From Octopus sinensis (lineage: Eukaryota), in NCBI RefSeq assembly GCF_006345805.1, contig NC_043025.1:4340001-4404000 (forward strand): a stretch of DNA of 64,000 nt, in the 5' to 3' direction. Both the position numbers and the translations under genes were made by a program. The notes below the pieces were generated by a model. It was given only the letters and a program-made list of their open reading frames with translations, searched no databases and was not told the origin of the DNA. Shown piece by piece: positions 24,480 to 36,093 of the stretch (position 1 is its first letter; each line of letters opens with the position of its first letter).

Positions 24480-25082
24480 CACATGAAAGGCACCCGTGAT
24501 AGTGACGACCGTGAAAAAGGCACCCATGATAGTGACACCCATGTAAAAGCCAACCCTGATTGTGACACCCACGTAAAAGGCAACCATGATTGTGACACCC
24601 ACGTAAAAGGCAACCATGATTGTGACACCCACGTAAAAGGCAACCCTGATTGTGACACCCACGTAAAAGGCAACCCTGATTGTGACACCCACGTAAAAGG
24701 CAACCATGATTGTGACACCCACGTAAAAGGCAACCATGATTGTGACACCCACGTAAAAGGCAACCATGATTGTGACACCCACGTAAAAGGCAACCATGAT
24801 TGTGACACCCACGTAAAAGGTAACCATGATTGTGACACCCACGTAAAAGGTAACCATGATTGTGACACCCACGTAAAAGGTAACCATGATTGTGACACCC
24901 ACGTAAAAGGCAACCATGATTGTGACACCCACGTAAAAGGTAACCATGATTGTGACACCCACGTAAAAGGCAACCATGATTGTGACACCCACGTAAAAGG
25001 CAACCATGATTGTGACACCCATGTAAAAGGTAACCCTGATTGTGACACCCACGTAAAAGGTAACCATAATGTTGGCATATAG
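24480..25082. repeat. 30-bp minisatellite, about 17 near-perfect units plus degenerate edge units
   Basis: Unit GACACCCACGTAAAAGG(C/T)AACC(A/C)TGATTGT; explains the four overlapping ORFs at 24352-25170. Confidence 0.95.
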
Positions 25083-25794
25083 ATGGCTCCCGTGATGGTG
25101 ACGCATAGATTGTATCCATGATGATGACACAAAAATCACCTGTGCTAGCGACCTGTAAAAAAGGGTTCAAATTCCGATGAGGTCAACTTTGTTTTTCATC
25201 ACTTTCAGGGTCAATGAAATAAGTACCTATTTCTTTACTACCCACAAGGGGCTAAACACAGGACAAACAAGGACAGACAGACGGATTAAGTCGATTATAT
25301 ATCAACCCCAGTGCGTAACTGGTATTTATTTAATCGACCCCGAAAGGATGAAAGGCAAAGTTGACTTCGGCGGAATTTGAACTCAGAACGTAACGGCAGA
25401 CGAAATACGGCTACGCATTTCGCCCGGCGTGCTAACGATTCTGCCAGCTCGCCGCCTTGGGTATTGGGGTTGATGTGATTTACTAGCCCCTTTCCCTAAA
25501 ATTGCTGGCCTTGTGCCAAAATTTGAAACCTTTAGCAGCATTTCACCCATCTTCACATTGAGTTCAAATTCTGGCAAGGCAGACTTTGCCTTTCATCCTT
25601 TCAGGGTCAATAAATTAAGTACCAGTTATGTACTGGGGGTGATGTAATTGGCGTACTCTCTCCCCAGAAACTACTGGCCTTGTGACAAAACTTGAAATTA
25701 TTATTATTATTAAGACAATGTAATTGGCTAGTCCCCTCTCCCAAATTTCAGACCTTGTGCCTATAGTAGAAAGGATTATTATTATTATTATTAT

Positions 25795-26354
25795 TATTGA
25801 GTGAGAGAGCAGCGCATGCCATCAAAGTGACACTGGGGTAAAATATACGAAGCCCACTATACCCATCATAACTACCTGTCTGATAAGGTTACACCAGGCA
25901 CATGCATCACAACCATATGTGCACGACAGTGCTCTCATATAAAGATAAACAGCACATGACCTTGCAGGTGGGTCCCATTGAGAATTTTCTTCAATTTGAG
26001 TAACCCATCCCGCTCAAAAGGTCCCTGAACAAGGGTTGTTTAAGGATGTTGAACAAAACACCCATGTTTCCAGAGGTGAATTATTCAAACCCCAAAGAAT
26101 CCCTCTCAACACATGGCTATGATGCTCCCCCACTACTTCTGCTCGTGGTCAGAGATGCACATATCGTCAGCCACCAAGGGACATACTCAACTGGTTAAGG
26201 TCAAACAACTGACAAGCAAATCTGTGGTATTGAGCAGAATATTTGCTGTAGCCCATCTTTAATACCAAGACAAAACAATGTATATGATGACACTTCCAAT
26301 CAGCTAAGATCAGAAGCCATGAGAACCACTGCCTGGTACTGCATCAGGACATTT
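25795..26354 (-). mobile_element. Unclassified ~560-bp retroposon (family H) with an (AAT)n tail
   Basis: A second copy at 32066-32317 has the same ends and a ~330-bp internal deletion joined at the microhomology CACT. Confidence 0.65.
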
Positions 26355-26444
26355 GTCGGTTGGGCGAAATTTTGCCCCTTCGGGGTGAAATTGCTCTTTA
26401 TTACATTGAAATTGACATTTTTTATGCACACACACATTTACAAA

Positions 26445-28318
26445 ATGGCTTTAAAACGAGCTGCTGGCTCTTCCCTCCTTCTTGCAACACCCCCTCCACA
26501 AGAACAAAAGGCAACGTCGCGGGTTACGTACAACCCATTTCAAGCCGTAAAAGGCAACAAAGATCCTCCTTCCGAACCGGAGAGCACGCGCTCGGTTCAA
26601 AAGGAGAATGCAAGCCAGGACGTCGCGTTCGACGTCACTCTTGATTTCCCTCCTCTGCCTTCAACAAGTGATGCTGTACCGAAGAGGGAGGAAAAGAAAC
26701 TTATAACAGACAAAAATACAGACAAGAACCAACAAAAAAATGTTAAAAACTCTAACGATTTTGCTTCTGCTGCGAAGCAAATTTCGGAAGATGTAGAAAT
26801 AACGATGGAGGACATAAAGATGGCACAAGATTTGTTGAGAAAGGAGGGGAACAGTGTTTTCCTCAACACACCTCAACAACTCACACAAGAGACAAACAAA
26901 AGAACAATCTTTTATAAAGTCTTCGAAAAGAAAACTAAAAAATTGTTTAACGCCACACCACAACAGTTAGAGATGGCTCTGAAGCCCATTTGGGGCCAGA
27001 AGAGCTATGTGACAAGAGGGAAGCGATTTGGAACCGTGGAGGTTCGCTTCCCAACAGAGGAGCTTGCAAGGGCGAACGCCATTTCGCCCTTGCAAAATGA
27101 ACATTTGTTCCTCGTCCCGACATACCTCGGGCGTAAGGTACAAAAAATAACTATAAGCACAATACCCCCCGAACAGAAAATCTCATGGCTAGTGGCGGCT
27201 GTCCTCTATGGCATAGAGGACAATGCCACTATTCTGAATGTTCGGAGGGTACGAGAAAAGAACTGGTCAGGCATGGGTATTCAACTGCTGGTACAGATCC
27301 AGCAGGAAAACATCAATGCCATACCTGACTTTGTCATCTTGCTGGATGGGACAAGGCTAAATGTTATTGTAGAGGGGTGAAAGCCAAAATGTTTCCTCTG
27401 CAGTAGCGAAAGCCACCTAAAAAGGGACTGCCCCATTCAAAAAAGAGAATGGAGGAATATAGCAAGAGGCAGCAGCAGCAACAACAACAACAACAACAAC
27501 AACAACACAAGCAACAACAACAGAAACAACAAAAACAGCAAGAAACACCAAAGGATGCCACACCACCAACACCAGCACCAAGACGAGCAACACCACCTCC
27601 AACAACAACAACCACCACCAAACCAACACCGACAACCACCAGCAAACCAACACCGACACCAGTACCTCGAAGGTCGACAGCAGCGACATCAACAGTAACA
27701 GGAGCAGCGGCACCACCGATACCGGTGGAACCAGAAACTTTTCGTCCTGCTACTGAAGCAGACCCCTCAACCATTCCTTTGCCGGATGAAGAGATCTCGG
27801 ATTGTGCGAGCTCCGATTCCAACAAAGGAGAATGGAACATAGTACCTCCAAAAAAGAAAAAAGGAAAAAAACAAAAAGATTTACAGGGGAAGCACGAACA
27901 AATAGTACTTCCCAACATCAACAACAACATCAACAACAACACACACGCACAACAACAAACAACAACAACAACACTTTCGACACCACTACTGCCACTACCA
28001 CAGACACAAACAAACACAGACACAATTACAGACACGATTACAGCAGTGAATACAAGAAACCAGGAACTGGTTGAGTATTTGAAAAACAAAACAAGCACAA
28101 ACATTACAAATTTCATAATACCTACACACAACACACCACCAGCACACATTCTCACAATTAAAATAAACAAAACAGTTTACAACGAAATAAAACAAATATT
28201 CCCTAACGATGTGGGATCGTTAGGGAAAAGTTTCTCTCAGAAACTTTACAAAAATATTATTAAAGCACCCGTGCAAAAGCACAAGGGAGCCACCCCCACC
28301 ACCAACAACAGTAAGTAG
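26445..28318 (+). pseudogene. Tx1-like ORF1 (RRM-like region, CCHC zinc knuckle, polyQ/Thr-rich tail)
   Basis: Reading through the TGA at 27378-27380 gives KPKCFLCSSESHLKRDCP (CX2CX4HX4C, 27390-27431); a 1-nt frameshift then leads into ORF 27449..28318. Confidence 0.8.
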
Positions 28319-28357
28319 AGCCTTTTTTCTCCTTTTTTTTTCCCTAACTTTTGAAAC

Positions 28358-31300
28358 ATGGCAAATCTTAGAATCGGTTGCTTGAATGTGAGAGGCCTCG
28401 GGTCACCTTGGAAACAGGGTCACCTGTTAAACGACCTGAGGTTTCATGATGTGGATGTAGCAGCCATCAGTGAAACCAGGCTCTCCGACCCGCAGGAACT
28501 CGCACCCTTTTCGGCGGATACGAGATATTTCTATCTCCGTGTCGGCCGGGAGCGGGCGGTGGTGGTACTGTGGTGTTGTTTCGGAAGGGCCTGGACCTGA
28601 AAATAAGGACAGTCTTCTTGGATCCGGAAGGTAAGTTGGTGGTCCTCGACGTCGACGGTAGTGACGGCGGTGCTTTCAGACTGCTGGCTGCCTACGCTCC
28701 GACAGGAGCAGGGCAGTCGGATTATTTCAAACGTCTGGAAGTTTTCCTGGGAACGTCACGCACTCTAGTACTAGTTGGGGATTGGAACGCTGTCTTAGAC
28801 GAACGTTTCGATCGGGTGGGCAGGGGAGCGTCTGATAGGAGAGGGGGAGGGTGCAAGAGCCTCGCCAACCTACTCGGCCGCTTTCAGCTGTCCGACAGGT
28901 TTCGACTAGACAACCCGAATGTGCCAATGTGGACTTGGACAAACCGCATCGGGTCGTCTAGATCGTACTTAGATAGAGTGTTTTGTAGGCCAGCGGATAA
29001 GGACAGCGTAGGGTGTCCACAATTCCACCTAGTCGAATATACGGACCACAAATTAGTGATCTGTACGGTCGACTTAGATAGGCTACATAGACAGGGACCC
29101 GGCTACTGGAAGCTGAACGCGTCGTTAACGGCGTGCAAAGCTTACAGAGACTGGATTAGTTTACTAGTTAAGCGGGCGCTCACGGGGGCAATCATCAACA
29201 ACAACTGGTGGTTTGCCCTCAAGAGAGCAATTAGAGTAGAGTCGATTAGGTATAGTAAGACTCTAGCTATTGAACGTAGGAAGAGAGAGCGGGATTTAGT
29301 TAAGAAACTAGACGAGGCTCTTGACACTGGCATCGCGACCGACGTGTTGGCGGCAAGGTTGGCCCTCGACCAACACATCGACGCCAAACACGAAGGCTGC
29401 GTTGTCAGAGCTAAGGCACGTTCGCTAAGCGGGGAGGGGACTAGAGCCGCTCGATGGGCCCGCGTGGCGGAGGCGACGCGAGGCAACAGAGCAACCATTC
29501 GGTCTTTGGTGGACCAGAACGGGCGCGAGGTTACCCAACCGAAGCAGATGTGTACGGTGCTTCAGCGGCACTTTGCTCAACTGTTTGGGACGAGCGGTGG
29601 AACGGACACCAACGGTACAGACTTCGGTGTGTACCTGGATGGACTGCCGCAACTCTCGGACAACGAGGCAGAGTGCTGCGAAGGACCGATATCTGCCTGG
29701 GAAGTACAGGAAGCGATGAAGAGTTGCACGAGAGGTAGATCGCCGGGTTTGGATGGTCTGCCCTACGAGCTTTACTTTTCAATGCCAGACTTGTTTGCGG
29801 ACCTGTTGGCAAACGTCTACTGCAACTGGCAGCAAAACGGGAGAATTCCTGCTTTTGTCTGTCGAGGGGTGGTGGCTTTGCTAAAGAAGGACCCAAACAA
29901 GGGGGACGTTATAGGGAATTTCCGGCCCATCACTCTGCTCAATGCAGAGTTGAAGATTTTGGCCAAGGTGCTAGCCAAGAGATTGGCGCTTGTCGTGGAC
30001 AAGCTGGTCGGCGGGACGCAGACATGCGCCGTGCCGACCAGGTCGATACACGACAACCTCCATCTCATGCGCTACATCATAGAGAGGGTGGGTAACGACG
30101 CTGGCGCGGGTGGGGCTTTGATCAACTTGGATCAGAGTAAAGCCTTCGATACCTGGCAGCTGTCCTCAAGGCAGCCGGCTTCGGTCCAGTCTTCCGCGGG
30201 TGGATCGCTGCTTTATACAGCAACATCTGCTCGGTGATACGGGTGAACGGTCACCTTTCGGAACCGTTCGACATCTCGCGTTCGGTCCGCCAAGGATGCC
30301 CTCTCTCCTCCCTCTTGTACATTTTGACTCTCGAGCCATTACTGCGCAAGTTGGAGGCTTTGAGGGGCATCCCGCGCGATCTAGGAGGCGGAAACAGCGT
30401 GTCTGCTTATGCCGACGACGTCACCGTGGTGGTGTCGATCCACAGGCACATTGGCCTGATTGGCGAGACGCTAAACCAGTACGAAGCGGTGACAGGGGCA
30501 AAGATTAACGCGGAAAAGTCTGTGGGCTTGCAACTAGGCACCTGGAGAGGCAAGCCCATGCCGTCCAACAGCGTCGTAGGGCGCTAGACAGACGTACCCG
30601 TTAAACTGCTCGGGGTCTGGTTCGGTCCGGACCTCCAGGTGGATAAGAACTGGGAAGAGGTGACGAGCAGGGTGGCACGTCTCACCCAGAAATGGGCCGA
30701 GAGGAAGCTGTCCCTGAAAGGTCGAGCGGAGGTGGCGAATGCGTACATCGCATCCGTCATCTATTACCGCTTGACCGTCGTCCCTTGTCCCGACCGCTGT
30801 TGGCCAAGCTGGTACGCCTGCTCTTCGACTTTTTGTGGAAGGGTCAGGTGCCACTGGTCAGGCGATCCATCTGCTGTCAACGACCGCTGAACGGAGGCCT
30901 TGGAATGCCGTGGTTGCTGTTGCGCAGACATGCGCTCAGGCTGCGGCATCTCAAGCGCTTCCTAGACGGTGAACAGGTGTGGTCGTCTTTTGTCAGACGC
31001 GATTTTCCGCAGCTCGTCTCTTTGACGGAGCTGCAGACCTGGATCAAACGTAGACCGAGAAAGGGCGCTTGGCACCTCGAGTGCCGTCAAGCCCTCTCCG
31101 CCCTCCGCCAGGCGGGCAATGCGGTCGGTTACAGCTCCACTCTAGCGTTCTATAGAGGGTTAGTGGAGGAAAAATGCGACGACGTTCTCGGGGAAACTCT
31201 AGGCGTTGAAGACGACGAACTGAGCGGTCTGTTCGGGAGGACTTTCGGGCCGGGGCCGATGGATAATTTCCAGAGGTCTCTCGCCTGGCAGTGCTACCGA

Positions 31301-31773
31301 GGGGCTCTGCCTGTTCGAGATAAACTCTACCGGCACGGAAGTGCCGTCAGCCGGGCCTGCCCGAGGTGTTGCCAGGACGACGAAACCGTTCTGCACGCAG
31401 CGTCCAGTGCCCGAGTATTGCTGAAATATGGGTTTATGTCGAACAGCTACTGTCACGTGTAGGACGGATCCGACTATCGGCCGAATCCATAGTGAAGATT
31501 GCCCCGCCGACCTCCTTTAACAAGGAGGGCGAGGCCGTTTTCTTGTGCCTTGTGGCTGTGGCGAAAGAAGTCGTGTGGTGGACTCGTTTGAAAGGGCTAA
31601 AGTCAGACACTTTCCTCTTTGGTCAAGGCCTCATCAACTTTTTCAAGTTTCACTTGAAAAGGAAGATGAGGTTAGAGAGGAAAGTGCTGTCCGATAGCAA
31701 GTTTTATGAAAGGTGGGTGAATTGTGCGAGACTGGCCTGTATAAATGGACCAGTTCTCAGGTTTCGCCTGTGA
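28358..31773 (+). pseudogene. Tx1-like ORF2 (APE endonuclease, reverse transcriptase, zf-RVT)
   Basis: LNVRGL, SETRL, LVGDWN, SYLDRV, TDHK; SPGLDGLPYE, FRPITLLN, QSKAFD, VRQGCPLS, YADD (~30407); CPRC..DDETVLHA. Broken by frameshifts near 28510, 30150, 30795 and 31395 and by a TAG at 30585-30587. Confidence 0.92.
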
Positions 31774-32341
31774 TTTCAAAGAAAAAGGTAATGTAAAAGG
31801 AGAAGAAAGGGGACTCTCTACACCCCCTTTTTTTGACCAGGCTCCCGTTGGCTTTTGTAGGGTTTTTTCCACCGGGAACATTTCGAGACGTCTCCCCATT
31901 TTGGGAGTTTTTCATTGTTGAATTTTATAAGTTGTTATAAAGATTTTTACTCTGTGTTTTTAAAAAACGGCAAAACCCTTTGTAACCTTTCGTCCTGTCT
32001 TGTCCCTTTATGTAATCATGCGTGTTAGCCCTTGTGGCCAATAAAAAAGAATTGATTATTATTATTATTGAGTGAGAGAGCAGTGCATGCCATCAAAGTG
32101 ACACTACTTCTGCTCATGATCAGGGATGCACATATCGTCAGCCACTAAGGGACATTCTCAACTGGTTATGGTCAAACAACTGGCAAGCAAATCTGTGGTA
32201 TTGAGCAGAATATTTTCTGTAGCCCATCTTTTATACCAAGACAAGACAATGTACATGATAACACTTCCAATCAGTTCAGATCAGAAGCCACTGCCTGGTA
32301 CTGCATCAGGGCATTTATAATTATTATTATCATTATTATTA

Positions 32342-32375
<34 letters not shown>

Positions 32376-32608
32376 GGTGATGAGCTGGCAGAATTGTTAG
32401 CACATCAGACAAAATGCTTAGAGGCATTTCATCCGTCTTCATGTTTTGAGTTCAAATTCTGCCAAGGTAGACTTTCCCTTTCATCTTTGTGGAGTTGATA
32501 AATTAAGTACCAGTCAAGTACTGGGGTTGGTGTGATTGACTTAACCCCTTCCCCCAAAATTTCAGGCCTTGTGCCTACAGTAGAAAGGATTATTATTACT
32601 ATTATTAT

Positions 32609-32995
32609 GATTTATGTCGAACAGCTACTGTCGCGTATAGGACGGATCCGGCTATCAGCTGAATCCATAGTGAAGATTGCCCCACCGACCTCCTTTAACC
32701 GGGAGGGCAAGGCAGTTTTCCTTTGCCTAGTGGCTGTAGCAAAAGAGGTTGTATGGTGGACCCGTTTGAAAGGGCTAAGGTCAGACACTTTCCTCTTTGG
32801 CCCAGGCCTCATCAAGAGTAGAGAGAGAAGTGCTGTCAGATAGCAAGTTTGCTGAAAGGTGGATAAATGTCGCAAGAATGGCTAGTATGAAAGGAGCCAT
32901 TCTGAGGTTACACCTGTAATTTAAAAAGGTAATATAAAAGGAGAAAGGGGCTCTCTACCCCACTTTTGACCAGGCTCCCGTTGGCTTTTATGGGT
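32609..32995 (+). mobile_element. 5'-truncated Tx1 3' fragment related to the full-length copy
   Basis: YVEQLLSRIGRIRLSAESIVKIAPP...; internal deletion after ctcatcaa; begins directly after (ATT)n. Confidence 0.85.
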
Positions 32996-33135
32996 TTCAT
33001 CCTTGATTATGATCATCTAGACCCCTCCCCACAAATTCCAGACCTTGTGCCTTTAGTAGAAAAGATTACTATTATCTTGGAAATGAAAAACAATACAATT
33101 ATCATTATAACCATTTATTATTATCATGATCATTA

Positions 33136-33615
33136 TTAGTCCAAGTGCTGTGTTTCTTCAGGTATTTTGCTACAGATATAGGCTACAGGGACCTGCAGGC
33201 TTCCTCGAAGGCACTGTTTTCTATCAGATGAGGGAAGCCACAAAACTTTGACCTTGACGTTGACTGGTTGGCATGCGTAGTCCATTGGACATTGGCTGAG
33301 AGCACTCGCCCGGGCAAATACAAGACTGGACGGCACTCTCTCTGGATTGTAATCTAGGTGTAAAGTCCACAGACACAACGAGGAATTGGCCGATGGTGCG
33401 AGTATGTTGCTGAGACTCGTGTGGTCGACATCAAGGTGGTGGTGTCGGTGTCCATGATGATGATGATGATGGTGGTGGTGGTATTCTTCGCTGCTGAGCG
33501 TATGTTGAGCACTAATGAACGTTGTAGCAATAATTACTACAATAATAAATAGATGACTACAAAATTGGTGTGGATGTTGCAGATGATGACGATGACAAGG
33601 AAGAGAATTTAACAT
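33136..33615 (-). CDS. IL-17-like cystine-knot secreted protein, 159 aa, with a His-rich N-terminus
   Basis: Intact ORF beginning right after a strong acceptor (ttttttttcttctcctttcag|ATG); hydrophobic stretch LFIIVVIIATTFISA; IL-17 signature SLCLW..LDYNPERVPSSL..AR...SQC....ACQPV.V.V.VL...C....VPVAYIC; AATAAA about 17 nt after the stop. Confidence 0.72.
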   Translation of the reverse strand: MLNSLPCHRHHLQHPHQFCSHLFIIVVIIATTFISAQHTLSSEEYHHHHHHHHHGHRHHHLDVDHTSLSNILAPSANSSLCLWTLHLDYNPERVPSSLVFARASALSQCPMDYACQPVNVKVKVLWLPSSDRKQCLRGSLQVPVAYICSKIPEETQHLD

Positions 33616-33744
33616 CTGAAAGGAGAAGAAAAAAAATTTGAAAAAATAAGATCAAAATAAAATGAAACAATTAGTAATTAATTAGGATAATGAAATTGAA
33701 GACTATTGTTTATTTGCTTATGTTGTATTCCTGTTATATATAAT

Positions 33745-34205
33745 GCCAGCTTCGTCTGGTCCCCGTGCCGGTGGCACGTAAAAAGCACCATCCGATCATG
33801 GCCATTTGCCAGCCCCGTCTGGCACGTAAAAAGCACCATCCGATCATGGCCATTTGCCAGCCCCGTCTGGCCCCTGTGCCGGTGGCACGTAAAAAGCACC
33901 ATCCGATCATGGCCATTTGCCAGCCCCGTCTGGCACGTAAAAAGCACCATCCGATCATGGCCATTTGCCAGCCCCATCTGGCACCTGTGCCGGTGGCACG
34001 TAAAAAGCACCATTCGATCGTGGCCGTTTGCCAGACTCGTCTGGCACCTGTGCCGGTGGCACGTAAAAAGCACCCAATACACTCACGGAGTGGTTGGCGT
34101 TAGGAAGGGCATCCAGCTGTAGAAACGCTGCCGGATCAGACTGGAGCCTGGTGCAGCCTTCTGGCTTCCCAGACCCCATTTGAACTGTCCAACCCATGCC
34201 AGCGA
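33745..34205 (+). mobile_element. SINE family D with an internal tandem array (42/56-bp units)
   Basis: Repeated ggcacgtaaaaagcaccatccgatcatggccatttgccagc followed by the ttggcgttaggaagggcatccagc core. Confidence 0.75.
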
Positions 34206-34599
34206 GCAGCAATTTTAGGGGAGGGAATGAGTTCATTAAATTGACCCTCCTGTGTGCAACTGGTACTTATTTTATTGAACCCTAAAGAATGAAAAGTAAA
34301 GTCAACCTTGGTGGAATTTGAACTCAGAACATCATGTCAGACAAAATACCTATTTCTTTATTACCCACAAGGGCTAAACACAGAGGGGACAAACAAGGAC
34401 AGACAGACGGATTAAGTCGATTATATCGATCCCAGTGCGTAACTGGTACTTATTTAATCGACCCCGAAAGGATGAAAGGCAAAGTTGACTTCGGCAGAAT
34501 TTGAACTCAGAATGCAGCAGCTGAACAAGAGTCTTTTTTGTGCATGGCGCAAAGGATTGTCCAGTAGCTAACCTGCCTAGGCCAAACACAAAGAAGGAA

Positions 34600-35990
34600 C
34601 CCTGCCCACCACTATGCAAGACCACCACAGTCAACAGACACAGGATGGCCTTCCCTAACGCCTGCACAGTCATCACCCCAATACTTTTACTAAATATTGG
34701 GGGCCTGTTGCATCAAAATAAAACAAAATTTCTTTCCTGGGAGATCTTACTGCATGCAGTCAAGCCTTATGTATAGCACTCGTGGAAACTCACCTCAGCC
34801 CTGATATAGAGGACGCAGAAGTACACGTACCAAACTATGCCATACTGCGAACAGACAGAAGGGAAAGGAGCCATGGTGGAGTTGCTGTATACATCCGTGA
34901 TGACCTCACACCCCAGGTCTTACTGACATACTCAAATTCGGTATGTGACACTTTAATTGTATACATAAGACAACATAATATAGTCATATGCAATACGTAT
35001 TGCCCACCGGATGCGCCAAATCACATAGGCAAGTTTGAAGATTGCCTCACAAGAATGAAAGAAATCCTCATGAATCTGGAACACCACGTGACCATATTTC
35101 TTATGGGTGATTTCAACTTCCCCAACGTCAAATGGCCCGAAGGTCTCATACTCTCAGGAATGAATCATTGCAAGCAAGTACAGGTGGAGTCCCTGCTCAA
35201 CCTCACCAATGCCTTATTCATGGAGCAAGTTGTACTCAAACCAACTAGGGTGAATAACACTCTGGATCTCTGCTTCACGAACAATATAGACATCATTCAT
35301 GATGTGAAAGTGACACCGACATTAGTCTTGGATCACAACATAATAGAGCTGTCTATGTTTGGGCCGAAAGTAACCAGAGACATACAGCCTAAAGGAAGCA
35401 CCCGAAATCTCTCCAATCAGAACTTCCACAAAGCAGATTGGAAATCGATCCAAAAAGAGATCCTCAGAGAGGACTGGCCGAAATGTCTCTCCACACCAGA
35501 CATTGACATGAAACTAGAATGTTTCATGTCTTCTGTGCAAGCTGTATGCCAGAAATATGTCCCAGAGCACAAGGCTAAAACAAATAGGAGCAAGATTCCA
35601 AGAGACATGAAGATCCTCATGAGACGACGGACGAAGGTTGCAAATCGACTCAACCAACATCCCAAAAGTAGCGAAACGTCCCGCCTAAAAACAACACTGA
35701 TGGAGATCGAAAAAAGGCTGCAACAATCCTATGTGAGGGAGAAAGCAGACAAAGAAGCTTGGGTTATAAAAAAACATTAAATCAAACCCAAAGGCCTTCT
35801 TTCATTACGCGAAAGAAACAGTCTCAGTACACTACAAGATAGGACCCCTCCTCCAAAAGGATGGCTCCCTCACAGACAGTCCAACTAAGATCAGTGAGAT
35901 ACTGAATGACCAGTTCAAAAGTGTCTTTACCACCCCGTTGGAACACAGACAAGTGAACGAACCAGTGGACTTCTTTGCTGCCTCACCTAT
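34600..35990 (+). mobile_element. CR1/Jockey-group LINE fragment: APE endonuclease and linker, 3' part missing
   Basis: LLLNIGGL, ALVETHL, RTDR..RSHGGVAVY, YCPPD, MGDFNFPNVKW, PTRVNNTLDLCFTN, LDHNII, then IKSNPKAFFHY after single-base frameshifts at ~34775 and ~35770. Confidence 0.85.
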
Positions 35991-36093
35991 AGCCAGCAGG
36001 GTGGCGTCATTTGAAGGCTAAAACAATGTGGAGCGCATTGTGACCAGCGATGTGTAGCAACATCTGATAGCCTGGTTGGTCACGATGATCACA

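Larger units (their letters stand above)
26355..32050 (+). mobile_element. Near full-length Tx1/L1-clade non-LTR retrotransposon, disabled
   Basis: ~90-bp 5'UTR, ORF1 from ATG 26445, ORF2 from ATG 28358, purine/pyrimidine-rich 3'UTR ending AATAAAAAAG at an (ATT)n tract. Confidence 0.92.

Noticed and set aside
24480-25082. 30-bp repeats as a CRISPR array
   Set aside because: Units are directly adjacent with no unique spacers, there are no cas genes, and the context is eukaryotic.
26290-26354. Weak resemblance of the family H end to 5S rRNA
   Set aside because: The similarity is short, gapped and in the wrong orientation relative to the (AAT)n tail.
27364-28170. 268-aa minus-strand ORF, and other antisense ORFs at 29142-30949
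   Set aside because: These are antisense shadows of low-complexity or GC-rich Tx1 coding sequence.
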